64,000 nt of DNA. It comes from Lingula anatina (lineage: Eukaryota > Animalia > Brachiopoda). Below are positions 1-12,926 of this stretch, piece by piece (within the stretch, counting starts at the first letter, position 1; each line of letters opens with the position of its first letter). The stretch lies in NCBI GenBank assembly GCA_051362555.1, contig CM120640.1, positions 49,764,788 to 49,828,787 of the forward strand, read 5' to 3'. Both the position numbers and the translations under genes were made by a program. The notes below the pieces were generated by a model. That model saw nothing but the letters and a program-made list of their open reading frames with translations. It was not told the DNA's origin and did no database searches.

Positions 1-902
1 TGTCAATATTAATTTGCAAATTATTTATGAATCAAGGTTAAAATTTATCTTTTGGTCAAAGGTGTAAAGTAAAAGCATACAAAACATGTTACAGCTTTAT
101 AAACTAAATGCATAGTTCATATTTCAAATGTTACATGTGATGTTCCCCATCTGATTCAATGCATCACATAAACTTATACATAGTGGACATTAGAACAAAT
201 AATCAATTCAAACATTTTCTTTTACTTGACTCTGCTTTTAATTCAGTGGCTTTCAAAACTACAATAATAAAGGATTTATGTTCATTTTACTGCTAATACA
301 TTCATTTCAGATACTGAGGCATGGCCAATTTCAGTAATATGGTGCTGATCAATCACAACTTACATTATTTTGAAATCAAACCTCCAGTTTTAACCATAAC
401 ATTTTCAAGTTTCACCCTTCCCTCGTCCTGTGTAATTACCAATGACACAAAAAGGCAACAGGACAACTGCTTAATAAAATTTAATAATACATGTATAATT
501 AAAAGTTACAAAATTTCAAAGAAATTGATCTTAAAGATTTGCACAGCACATTTTCACAGACCATATAAGTTCTATATCCACTTGAAGCATGTGTCCCAGC
601 TGATCTCCACCCTAAAAAAATATAAGCACTCATTAAATAAGGGCACCAATCAACTTTTCAGTGTAGCAGAGCATACTCTAGTCATGTTCCATCTTTCATT
701 CTATGAAAAAAAAATCAACACACTGTTCTTAAGTTCAAGCCTTTCCTTCAAATTCTTTCAAGGGACAAAGTTCTACAGATAGTAATGAAACAATTTCAGC
801 AAATGCTGGCTATCTATGCCATCTTCTATGATGCATCATTTAAATCATTTGTATTAAAATATTCTTTAAGCTTACCAAAGTCTGTCCCACCTATCAAGCA
901 GT

Positions 903-3900
903 TCACTTGCTTTTCCGACTTGATCTCTTACCATCTGTTGACTCCTCATCACTTTCAGACCTCGACTGCTGCTTATCCTTGCGTGATTTCTTACTACTTC
1001 TTTCCTTGCCTTCACTGTGTTTATTTTTCTTTTTCTTTTTGTGTCTCTGAGGGGAATCATCATAGCCTGGACTCTCATTGGAGTCTGACACTGATTTTGT
1101 ATGCCTTCTTGGCTTTTTGTCTTTTGAACTACTGTCTCTGTTGTAATATTTCTCCTTATGGTGTTTGTCTCTGTCATATGAATGCCGTCTGTCTCTACTT
1201 GAATCCCTACGTCTCTTTTTCTCCCTACTTCCACTTCTGTCTCTGTCCCTAGGCCTTCTATCCCTACTTCTACTCCTTTCCCTTTCTTTGCTCTTGTGTC
1301 TTTCCCTACTACCTTTTCTGTCAGATTTATACCTATCCCTTTCTCTTTCAGGATACTTTTTTCTGTCCCTATCTCTTTCTTTCTCTCTGTCCCTGTCTCG
1401 ATATTTTTTGTCTATGTCTTCTTTATGTCTGTCCCTGTCCTTGTCTTTTCCACCATCCCTTCTTTTGCCTTTGTCTCTAACCTTATGTTCATCCCCATCT
1501 ATATTCCTTTCCCTGCTACCTCTTCTATCCCTACTTTCACTTCTTGACTGGTGACTTTGACGAGACCTTTTCCTATCCTTAAGTTTCTGTTGTGTACTCG
1601 ATCTACTACTACTACTACTAGAATCAGAACTTTCCCCACTGCTATCAGAGCTATCAGACGAACTATCAGATGAAGATGAACTTTCTGAGTGTTTCCTTTT
1701 CTTCTCCATTACTTCGTCTTTTAGCCTAGAACTTTTTATTTGAGAGCCATCAACTTTTTCCCTAGAAAAATGCCTATTATGGGATTTACTCCTGTCTTTC
1801 TGCTCTTCAGTGGTTTTCTCCTCATCCTTGACATCAAGACCTGGGATGTTACTGTATCTGTTTTCAAATGGACGCAGTGCAGGAGCCAGAACTTCTGGTG
1901 GAGGAACATTTCCATGCTCTGTACTATCTCCTTTGGCTAAAAAGGCATTAAGAATATACAAGTCATCAATGTCTGTTAAATTTTTTTCCTCAAAATTCCA
2001 AAAATGAAGATGCTTTTGCAAATGGTCAGATTAATATTCAGATTCACATGATAAAAATATTTACTGGCCTTTAAATGATCTAATGAGAAGAATGTCTACC
2101 TTTTTTCAGCTTGGAATCGCCTTTTTTCTTCCAAATAAATAACTTAAAAGATCACAGAATTCAATGCAGAATTCCAAAACTGAAATCTGGCTCATTTTTT
2201 CTATTCCTGTACATGACATGTACATACCTAACTTCAGTTGCCTTTCCTCTTCCAACCTAGCTGCCTCTGCTTGTTCCATTTTCAGCTGCCGCTCTTCTTC
2301 TTCTATCAACCTGCGTCGAATTGTCTCTTGAAGCTCATCATCAGAGTCTTCTTCCTCATCATTATCTTCTTCCCTAGTGCTCTCATCTGCCTCATCCTCA
2401 CTACCAGACCCATAGCCTAGCCCTACAACAGTGTTTGTGTAATTTAAGTACACACATAAAAATTGGAGTGACTCAAAGTACCAAGAAAAGCAGGCACTGT
2501 TTTTATTAAGATTTTTTTTTGCCCGTATACTTATGCATTAGAAATTAAATGTTTCAATATTCAAATCATTAAGACATGATACAAGCATAACAATATCAGC
2601 ATTCAACAGCACCTCCTGGTTAAAAAAAATAATAACTGTTAACTTCTCACCCAAAATCATTCCCCACCCCCTATTATTTTACTGGGCGATAACAGCATGC
2701 CAACAACAGGTGCTGCAGACAGCTTAATATAAAAAGCTACAATTTTGAAGTTTAAGTAAAAACACTAATGACAAAAATTTCACCATGATGATATAATTCC
2801 AAGCAATCAAAATAAATGAATTTGCCATTCATTCATAAATGCATTGAGCTTTACAGTAATGAAGTGAAAAAAAAAAAAACATTTTGCCTGAAAATGCCAA
2901 ATGTCAACATTATATTTTAGAGACTGAATATTAAGTTGTGTTTAGCACTTACCAAGCGATGTTATAGATGCCAAAGCAGTTGAGGAGGCTAGCTGCTTTG
3001 CTGGAGCTTTACATGTATACATACAAACACATTAGTATAAGAAAGATACTGTCTGTACCATCACTGCATACCTAAAGGGATGCCTGTAGCAATACCCCTT
3101 CTGTTCATCTGCAATACAACTGTCAAGTTAAAGGGAATATCAAAGGCGCTTTAGCAATCAACCTGGGATATGATACTACTTCATCTCAATAAAGAAAATA
3201 TGCACAACTGAACCACTTAAATAAGCATGGAAATGTCAAAATGTACACATCTGATTTTTTTTACTTGGTCATATCCATTAAACTGGTTTTCAAATTCTTA
3301 AGCACTAATGATCTTTTAACTCGCCTGTCATACTTTAAACAAAACAAGAAAATTACTAACAAACAATATAGTTGCCCAGGTTGAGGCTAATACATTGCTC
3401 AAAACAGGCCTGCTAACGAGCTTTGTTTTATTATGTTAAGTCTCAAAAATTTTAAAGGTACAAAAATATAAAAAATACTCATAATTTTTATAATATCAGT
3501 TGCAAATAGTTGCACAATAAAATCAAGTAACTTGGTAAAAACCATAAACAATTAAGCGTCCTTTACACAAACGTGTATAATTTTTCATTTATAAAGTTTT
3601 TTTCTATTAAATGCATTTACTGCCATCAAAGTTCATGAAATGCATCATTATCTTTTAAGTGGCAGCTTGAGTCATTGCACAAAATGTTTATTAGAAAATA
3701 CGAGTATCAAGAGACCAATTGACGGCTGATGACACAAGTGACACACCCAGTCAATACCTTTAGAAGCCTTGGTTTTAGCTCTTTGGTACACCTCTTTAGC
3801 TACACCATGAATTTCTTCACCAGTCACCTCCAGCAAAATCTCTGTCAGCATACGGCGGACACGCATCATCTTAAATAATACATGGATATGGCAAACTACT

Positions 3901-6606
3901 ATCTGCTAACTTTTTAATGTTGTCAAATCATCACCTACAAACTAGAGACTGACTAATTCAGCATAATAATTGTAGACAGTGTACAATAACCATAAACCTT
4001 TATAATTATAACCTAAGTTTGGATACAGTCCTACTGGAAGTTATGTAGATTCTTTAACATCTTGAACTCTAAACTCTATGTATTTACTGTATCTGACTGT
4101 AGGATTACCAGTTCATCAAAACTTACAAAATCTGCCTGTTTTTCCTCCTCTGTCCTGGTGTCAATAGTGGGAGCTGCTTTCTTCCATTTAGGTTTTGCTT
4201 CAGCTTCTTTTTCTCGATTTTCAGATTGGTCCACTTTAGGAGAGAGTCGTTCATTTTGTTCATCTGTTTCTTCTTCATCTTCATCAGAATCATCCTACAA
4301 ACAATACATATTAAAGACAATTTAGTTTATTTTTCAACATAAATTATAAAAAAAAAATAAACATAAAACTAATTTTTAAACAATAATCCAGTTTATAAAT
4401 GGCTTAAAAAGCATCAATAATAGATGACCAAATGGATAAACAAATTGATTATATCATTTTGGATTATATGACCCTTTTATTTCTCACAATCCACGCTTCC
4501 CTTTGTTTGTTTCTTTTTTCTTTTGCAAAATACTTTTATACAGAAACTTACAAATTTGCTCTTTTTTGGCATCTTTGGACTACCACTGCCAGACTTTTCT
4601 TTTTCTAGTTCTTCCAGTGCTAACTTCTCTGCCTTTTCCCTTGCTTCCCTTGCCTCTTTAAGTTCTTTTTCACGCTGCTCTTTTTCTAATTTCTTCTGTT
4701 TTTCACGTTCAACTTTTTCCAGACCTTCTCTGATCCATGCTGGAAGGGTTCGTCTCTTTGCAGCATCTAACAAATTACAAAAATTGTAAAGCAGAGATAT
4801 AACTCACTTTCAACATTATATTTCTATAAAAGTTCAAGAACTCATTAAAATAAGGTGCCAAATAAGAAAAAACTACCACAGTTATTGATTTTATGTGTTA
4901 ACAATAATGGCATTAGTAATTTCCTCTGTAAATAAAATTGTTTTTCCAGTTATTTCATTTATTTTGATTTTTCTTTTCACTGACCAATGACAGTGGTATC
5001 ATCTTCTGGTACTATGGTGGATGACTGTGGCGACCTTTTCCCTCTGCCTCCTCTTGGCCCAGGCACTTGGTCTCCGACACCAGGGGGACCCTCATTCCAG
5101 TATGTGTATTCATCACCTCCATAGTTCTCAAAGCCCTGAAGGTAATACAGGTGTTGAAATTCGTGGCAACTACCTAATGGCCTCCACCAAGCAATGACAA
5201 TGTTGTTATGCTTCTCTTATCTTTTTGAACAAAGATATTTGTTCCTTGTGTGCCAAATAAAAATACCAGCTAAAATGTATCATTTCAACAACAAGCAATG
5301 CTTTTACACTCAGAAAAAGAAAATGACAATTCTTTAGTTGTTCACAAATGTCATGGGATCGTACAAAAAATATATACAATGTGTAGTACATAATGAACCT
5401 ACCTGGAATCCTCCGTGGTTGTAGTCAAATGACTGGGTATACCCTTGATTGCCATGCCCATAATCAAATGTCTGTGCCTCCTAAAGCAGCAAAACAAAAT
5501 TACTATGAAAAGATTACCAGAGAACCAAGGGATTAAATACTTTTCACATTAATTTGATAAATACTGTATTTCCATATTACTTTTAACTTTCTATTCACAC
5601 TAGCACATACCTTCATTTCTCCCTGCATTCCCCATCCTCCCATGTCCCATCCATGCATCCCCCATCCCCAGCCTCCAGTCATCTGGTTCTGATCTCCCAT
5701 GGGGTAGCTCCCTTCTGCACCACTAAAACCTATTCAAAGAGAAAGATTTGGTGACGTAAAATACTAAATGACAGATGAAACCACTCTAAATAAAAAAAAT
5801 AACATGCTTTTACATATATATATATATGAATTTTCTAGTTTGAAAGAGTGACCTACAACAAATATGCTTAATGTATATTAAACCTTTTCCCAATTTTGTT
5901 TATGAAAATAATTTCAGGGGCGGATTTAGGCAGTCTTCTGGGTCTTCCGGAAGACGGTCAGATTTTTAAGTTAACATTGACGGGTATCCATTTTTTTCTG
6001 TCGGAAGACGGTCAAAAATGGAGGACGGATCAACAAAGATAATTTGGAAGACTGTCAGAAAATATCTCTGGATCCACCCCTGAATTTCATCTGACTTTTA
6101 CAAATAAAACATAATCAAAAAACAAAACAAAACTGCATTGAAGGATTAAAAAAAATTGCAGTTCACATTGTTCTATTTACTGAGTAACAAACTAACTTGT
6201 ATTTTGGTTTCCATTTTCCACAGCAACATTTGCAGCATGACCTTGGCCACCGTCAGGTGGTGCTGCCTGATTCTGATTGCCTTCAACAGGTTGGTTCCCT
6301 TGCTGTGCTGCTTCCAAATTGTCCTTCTGTGATATCCACTGCTTTGCTAATGCTGCCCAGTCAACTTAAAAATAACAACAATTATGCATTAATCATAATT
6401 GCAGAAATGAACAGAGCAACATACAATGACTAGTTTTCAAAAAGCCCCTTTCTTCTTTAAGATTAAATGTCAAAGTGAAGTGTATAAACAAAATTTATTG
6501 CGATTTTAATATTTTATCACTTCATACCTTGCTCATGTGGAATATGTTGATAGGCAGCTTGTTGAATGGGCCATGTTCCCCAGCCCCCCTGTGCAGCAGG
6601 CCACAT
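903..6606 (-). CDS. PNISR: PNN-interacting serine/arginine-rich protein (PNISR/SFRS18), 11 coding exons
   Basis: Frame-consistent GT-AG exons: 6606-6528, 6364-6197, 5729-5611, 5480-5403, 5135-4985, 4766-4552, 4294-4127, 3869-3758, 3006-2953, 2422-2228, 1936-903. Family motifs: MWPAAQGGWGTWP, VDWAALAKQWI, FDYGHG/FDYNHG, DAAKRRTLPAWIREGLEK, KKSKFDDSDE, MLTEILLEVTGEEI, APAKQLASSTALASITSLGLGYGSGSEDE and a long RS/RD-rich C-terminus. A likely non-coding first exon ends at 7543 (GAG|GTAAAG on -). Confidence 0.95.
5915..6082. mobile_element. Short non-autonomous TIR element in a PNISR intron
   Basis: Ends CAGGGGCGGATTT...GGATCCACCCCTG are imperfect inverted repeats, AATTT flanks both sides, and GGAAGAC(G/T)GTCA occurs three times inside. 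Confidence 0.65.
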
Positions 6607-6920
6607 TGTGGAAAGTTATTATCTCCCTCTTCAATACCTGTAATCTAACATCAAAGACACTATGCTCAGAAGTAGATATGTGGTAAGAAAGATCACATTT
6701 TCCTTTTCCAAAATGGAACTAAATAAGGCAAATCTACAATCAACAAGTGACTGCAAGTAACTGACTATTTGAGAGAAAAAATACAACATCTTCTCAACAA
6801 GAGCAAGCATGGATGTGGCAACCCATGCTAAATATCTAATAAGTTTCACAGTCAGCTTCAGATTAAGAACTTTTTTGCAGTCAAACCAGTTGAACACAAC
6901 CAGGAATAGAGTCAGACTGA

Positions 6921-6961
6921 GTACATATATATATAAACTAGTACATATATATATAAACTAG
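6921..6961. repeat. 20-bp tandem duplication (GTACATATATATATAAACTA x2)
   Basis: Two exact adjacent copies read directly. Confidence 0.9.
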
Positions 6962-7231
6962 AAGCACAGCACCCGCAAAGAACTTCACTACCAACTTACA
7001 CCTAAATAAGCATATATATGGCACTAATACTATACATGTAATACATAACAGGCCGATGAAAGAAATAACAGTGATTCCCTTTTAATACAGTCAGTTCCAT
7101 TTATCATCTATTTCTATTCAACTTAAAAAATATAATCTACAGAAATTCTCTATGACTTTAATGAGATGGTGAGATTTGTATTCATCCTCAAAATAATTCA
7201 AAATACACTTATAAAGCCAGTGTACATACAA

Positions 7232-7488
7232 CAGGGTTCCCAGCATTTTATGGTGACATTTCCTGATCATAAAATAGATCCATTTCTAGCATTCCTACTT
7301 CAATAAACACCTATTACAGGCCCAAGGCATTCGCTATTTGGTGTGGGCACAAGTCGAGAAAGTCTGACCAAACAATAAAACAAAATCCCCTTATTATTAC
7401 TTTTCTCAAATTCTGGTTTTTCCCTGACTAGAAAAGGCGAAGTCACTTTCCAGGTTTTTTCTGATTTGTAGAAAGGTTGGGGACCCTG
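7232..7488. mobile_element. Degenerate short TIR element
   Basis: CAGGGTTCCCAGCATTT ... AAAGGTTGGGGACCCTG imperfect inverted ends; flanks ATACAA/ATACCA are similar but not identical. Confidence 0.45.
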
Positions 7489-7542
7489 ATACCACTGTCA
7501 ATTGACGACCCACAGATCAACTGCTTAATCTATGTACTTTAC

Positions 7543-7842
7543 CTCGAATCATCGACAAATAGTTAGGTAGATCACAATCCGCTAGGGGCGCTACAGTCGT
7601 AACTGTCCACGGGCAGTGAAGTGTTAAACTGAAGTCGGCCTGCTGACAGTTCGCCTATGGAACCCCTTTTTTAAATCTCTCTTTTAGCGCTGCGTAAAAA
7701 AACTAATACAAGCCATTAACTAAATAAGTTGTAAATCAAAGAGTAAAATCCGGTCACATGATTTTCCCATGTTGCAGTCTTTGACAAGTTTCGGTTCTGC
7801 TTGTTTTAAGTTTTGCCTCTACAAAATGCTAAAAAATTTCAG
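7543..7842. promoter_or_regulatory. Compact bidirectional promoter region PNISR/COQ3
   Basis: A minus-strand splice donor at 7542 and a plus-strand donor AG|GTAAGT at 7843 point away from each other. The region is locally CpG-retaining and has an E-box-like GGTCACATGA near 7752. Confidence 0.7.
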
Positions 7843-8487
7843 GTAAGTGCTGGTATCATCTTTTTGAAATTTATATCCAGCAAAGTTTATGAAATTTGCT
7901 ATATTATGTAGAAAAATCATGAAATTTGAAGGTTGCGAAGTATAGTTAATTTAATCCGCAATATTACATGATGTGAAAATTACCACAGGGAAATAGCTCT
8001 GCCCTGATTAGTCACAGGCTATGTGAGCCAGACAATAGGCTGAGCACACAAAGACACACAGGGTGCTCTGCTGCGCCTGAGTGATCACTGCTGGTCAGTG
8101 GGCACAGGTTTTGAGCTGAGAAGTGTGGACACTTTTGGTGGATTTTTGCAGTTAAAAAACTTCAATACCTTTGTTGCTTGTAGGAATATTTAAAAAATTC
8201 CAAATGATTTCATCCGGTTTTTGCATTACCTTTCAGATGATATAAGTATTTTAATTTTCTGATCAGTTTGAAAATTTTTCTGATATACCTAAAATAGTTA
8301 ATGTTTTTTCTTCTAAAGTGGCGGTAAATAATGAGGTAAGATAATGCAATTTAATTAATACCAAGCTACAGTAATGGAATACTATTAAAGCTAGGCTATA
8401 TCTTCGTTACGTAAATCTTTACCTTCAGTAGATGTAAAAATATACCATTATTTGTAAATCTTTATCTCGAAGAGCATTGTTGCAAAC

Positions 8488-9052
8488 ATGGCTTCCTCTA
8501 CATTTTCCCATAATGCTATTCGCATTTCAGTTAACATCCGGTCACTTCCGGAAACCATGGGTTCCCTCAATGTACAGTGTGTTTTCACAAGGCATTTGCA
8601 CCGTATCCTCAACTCAAAAGGTGTCACTTTACATGATGCATTCTTAGTGAGAAATTTTCACTTGTCTAGAAGGTAAGATCGTCAGATGAAAATACTTTGG
8701 CCCCCAACGGTCTCAAAACATTGTCTCGATTGAATAAGTTACCGTTACCAGCAGTACATGTACATTGTACAATGTACATGTACATCACAGTACAGTACTC
8801 AAGTTTTGACAATCTGTACCTGAGGCAACTACGCAGACAGCTTAGGTCAGTTTTGCTTGGCTGTCACCTTGATTGGTTAATGGGTAACTAACCTTTAAGC
8901 TATAGTAAAAACTACACAAATCATGCACACTATAGTGTCTAGGTACTGACGAAAAGTGCGGTGGGACAGTTATTGAAAATTTAACCCACCTCAGTAATGT
9001 CTACTACATATGCCATATAATATGGTGGACTCTATCCTATTCTTTTACCAAG

Positions 9053-9094
<42 letters not shown>

Positions 9095-11555
9095 ATGCGT
9101 GCATGAGTGAGTGAGTGTGTGTGTATTAAATTTGTTGAAGAAGTTGATATTAATTTAATAATTTAATTATATGTTTCTTTCTGCTGTTTCAAAGGGACTT
9201 TGTTCAAACACACGAAGGAACTCATTATGGGAGCACAATAGATAAAGATGAAATAGAAAAGTTTAACAAACTTGCCAATAATTGGTGGAGTGAAAATGGG
9301 GAAATGAAAGCATTACATGCAATGAATCAGCTGCGTGTACCATTTATAAGAGATACTTTAGTGCCAGAGAAGTCCATAACATCCAGTCCATTAAAAGGTT
9401 TGCGGATTCTGGATGCAGGAAGTGGAGGTGGATTTCTGAGTGAAGTATGTTTGTCATTATTTTTTATCTTTTCTCATTTCACTACAATTTTGTTGACTCC
9501 ACTGAATGGCAGTCTTGGCAGTATCGCTTTTTTGTCCTGCACTGAGATTGAGATCAAGTATGAATTTGATACTTTTACAATATTTATTGCAGTGTTTCGA
9601 ATGCTTGTTCAGCATAAATCCAACAACATTTGTAAATCCATGTCATAGCTAAAAAGATGGAAGGTAAAATGAAGCATTAGCCCACCAGTTTACATTATAT
9701 TTCCATTCTTTCTTTTCATCAAATCTTTTCTAAGGAGATGCATGTACAATGTTGTTAAATTCCACGTAAAGACACTATACGTAATTGACAGGCAGTGGTG
9801 GGTACACAAATATCAGTTGTTATGGTGAAGGAAATAAAGCATGACCCAAAAGTAAATTGTTAATTTTGTTAATTTCAGCCACTTGCAAGACTTGGTGCAA
9901 CTGTTGTTGGTGTAGATGCTTCAGAAAAAAACCACAGAGTGGCTAAGCTACACAGTTCTCATGATTCCAGTCTAGAGAAACACCTGACATATATAAACTG
10001 TGAAATAGAGGATTTACTACCAAAGGAAAAGGGATCATTTCATGCAGTTGTTGCTTCTGAAATCCTTGAGCATGTGGCAGATACAGAGACTTTTGTCAGA
10101 GCCTGCAGTGACTTAGTTATGGTGAGTATAGACAATTTAACAAAACTGTCATTAATGCCAATATTCTTCAGCCTGAGTTTCAGTGAACAATTGGAACTCA
10201 CCTCTCCATTACCAGATACAGTGTACTTGGGTGAAGGGTAGAGGTTCACAGCAGACTAGTTCCTGTCAGTTGACAAGATTGTCATTGGGAATCTGCAGGC
10301 CATGGACGTCGGTAATATTTTAGGCATGGAATTTTATCTCACAAAAAGAAAATCATATGTAAACCCAATTTTTGTTTATTTATTTAATTATGCTCAATGA
10401 TAAGAAATAATAATTCACTTTTGTAAACATACTAGCACTTATCCTTATCTTTATTGCAATTCTTTTTTTATTTCACTGATAATCATTGGTAGACATGTCT
10501 TATTACTGTTCAGATTATTGGTGGGTGGGTCAGTTTGCTTCTCTACCATTCATACATGTTTGGCATAGCAGTCATGTATTGTACCTTTAAAAGTAGTGGT
10601 TTTATATTTAAAAATATTATATTAATATATTTGTAAATAGTGTTGAGACTTGTGTACTGGGGTTTTAAATCAATGTCGATTTTTATTATTAAAATTGCTG
10701 ATATAATGTCAGTAAGACTATTAAGCTTTTTTACTAAAAATATGCAATTAATAAATGAACTTGGATTAATGTAAATCATTGAATGTGAGCACTAGGTTTC
10801 TGCCTACCGGGGTAGTTTCAGGTATGATTTTTGACTTCTTTGTAAGAAGGATTCCCTTGGGGTAAAAATTCAGTAGCATTATTTACTTATTTACGTGCTG
10901 TTTCAAGAGAAACTTATCTCTGTCACTTATGTTCAGTGTTTTTATAATGAATGCGTAGTTTTATTTTCAGCCTGATGGCTCATTGTTTTTTACAACCCTC
11001 AACAAAACCAACCTGTCTTATGCCTTGAGCATTGTTGCTGCAGAAAGACTTCTAAAAATAGTACCTGTAGGAACCCATGATTGGAGTAAATTTATAGATC
11101 CATTAGATTTGCAAGACTTGTTAGATAAATGTAAGTATAAAAAGGAGAAATAAAGTTGCAACTAGTTGTGATCAGATATTAAACAGGTAAATACAGGGGT
11201 AACTATTGTACTGGTACACATATTTTATATTAATACATGCAGATGCTAAAACCCAAGTAATTTGTTAATAGTATGATGTTAATGTTAATATGCAAAACAA
11301 ATGTTTAAACTGGCCAGGAAAAAATAATCTTTTTAAATATGTTTGAGTAATGCAGCTCTTTTTGTCACAATTTTGTTTTGGGAATAGGCGATACATTTGA
11401 TGAGGCAAAATTGTATGTCCTATATTTCAGATGATTGCAGCACTCGCCAGGTCCATGGTATGTTTTACAACCTTCTCACAAACAGATGGGATTGGATTAG
11501 AGATACCAGCATTAATTACATGCTTCATGCAGTAAAGCGGACTCCTGACAGCTGA
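8488..11555 (+). CDS. COQ3: Ubiquinone biosynthesis O-methyltransferase, mitochondrial
   Basis: Exons 8488-8672 (or alternative 7826-7842), 9195-9444, 9879-10121, 10971-11130, 11431-11555, all frame-compatible. Motifs: [41 protein letters not shown] motif [70 protein letters not shown] at 11642. The start codon is uncertain. Confidence 0.95.
9055..9124. repeat. (GT)n microsatellite, compound
   Basis: Direct reading; lies in the COQ3 first intron. Confidence 0.95.
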
Positions 11556-12671
11556 GGCTCCAACCTGTTCCAGGATAGCTATCCAGAGCTAGGAGACCTG
11601 GATATTTTATGGCAAAATGCATACTTCCTCAGGAACATTATAATAAACATATGCTTTTGATAGAACTATTTGTCACCAAAGGGGAAAATCATGAATAAAG
11701 ATTGCAGTCTATTTTCATAGACTATCCATAAATATGCAGCCTAAAATGTTGGAAAAATTTAGGGAAAAAAAGCTTGTCATCTTTCCTGATTAACATTGTC
11801 AGTCTGCCAAAAGATCTTTAGCTGCCTCATCCTCTCCAAATATCAACCATCTTAACCTCTCCTTAAGACAGTTGAAATGTAAATAGGCATATGATAATGC
11901 CTTTAATATATTTGTACAGACTTTGTTAATTTTAATTTCAAGCAATTTTCCAATTAACGTTGTATATATACGGTTATATTGTAGGAAACTTGCATCAGGC
12001 ATTTGGGTTATGAATGTTTTTTTGCTTCTGTTGACCTGTTTTTGAATAAAAGTAGCCAAAGGCAAGCTGAACACAGTTATGTCGACATATCAGAGCCTGA
12101 TGGTTAGTAACTGCAATAGCATAGTTTTCCATAAACTTTCAAAAACTTTCTTATGTGTTTTTTTAAATCAAAGTCGAGTAATTCAATCAGGAAATCACAT
12201 TTAAACAGAATTTACAATATTAAATTTAGACCAATGCCACTTGGTTCAGAATAAACTGTGTAGGTTTATAGTAAAATCAATTGAAGAGTCAAAATGCTTG
12301 CCGTATTTGAAAATCTACCAGTTTTTTTGTATTTTTCAATATCAATATTATGTAATTTTATAGTTACTGAAGCACCTGTTTCGCCATCTAACTTTCCTTT
12401 CCTGGATTTTTTTGCCAAATCAAATACTCCTCAAGAAAAAAAGGCAATTTTTTCCTACACACGAATCATTACTGGACCCATCCCTGCACTTGGAATTAAT
12501 GTTTTATACCATTTTAGATATTTAATTCAAAACGACTAGCCTGTACTTTCCAGAAAGAAATGCCGATATTGCGTACTTTTATGTGAGATCATTTTAAGGC
12601 CGTAGCTTTGCAGGAAATGTCGCTGGGCGTGGAAAATATGACCTTGGGACGTTTTCAAAAGCGTATATATG

Positions 12672-12926
12672 CAGGGGCGGATCCAGGATTATTTGAAGGA
12701 GTCCGCGGATGCGAAGCCCCCCCCCCCCCCCCCTCCAATTGGAGTTTGGTTCGGGGCCCGATGAAGGGTCCCGAAAAATTTTGGTATTTTAGAGGGTGAG
12801 CGGTGCCATTTGGTACGGTTTAGAACTATGATTCAACTAGTCAAAATTCTAATTTCAAGAAGGGACCAGAAATCGAAGGGGGGTGGGGGGGTCAGGACCC
12901 CGACCTCCCCTCTAAATCCGCTACTG
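12672..12926. mobile_element. Short GC-rich TIR element with ends similar to 5915-6082
   Basis: CAGGGGCGGATCCAGG ... CTCTAAATCCGCTACTG imperfect inverted ends with internal poly-C/poly-G tracts; no clear target-site duplication. Confidence 0.55.

Noticed and set aside
321-782. 153-aa + strand ORF
   Set aside because: AT-rich, no motifs, antisense to the PNISR 3'UTR; probably chance.
785-2007. Overlapping ORFs (Leu/Ser- or Phe-rich; also 872-1234 on -)
   Set aside because: Antisense or alternate-frame shadows of the low-complexity PNISR RS exon.
7579-7594. CTCF-like CCGCTAGGGGCGCTA
   Set aside because: One base short of the core consensus; cannot be supported.
8754-8783. Perfect 30-bp palindrome GTACATGTACATTGTACAATGTACATGTAC
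   Set aside because: Built from self-complementary TACATG simple repeats; no evidence of function.
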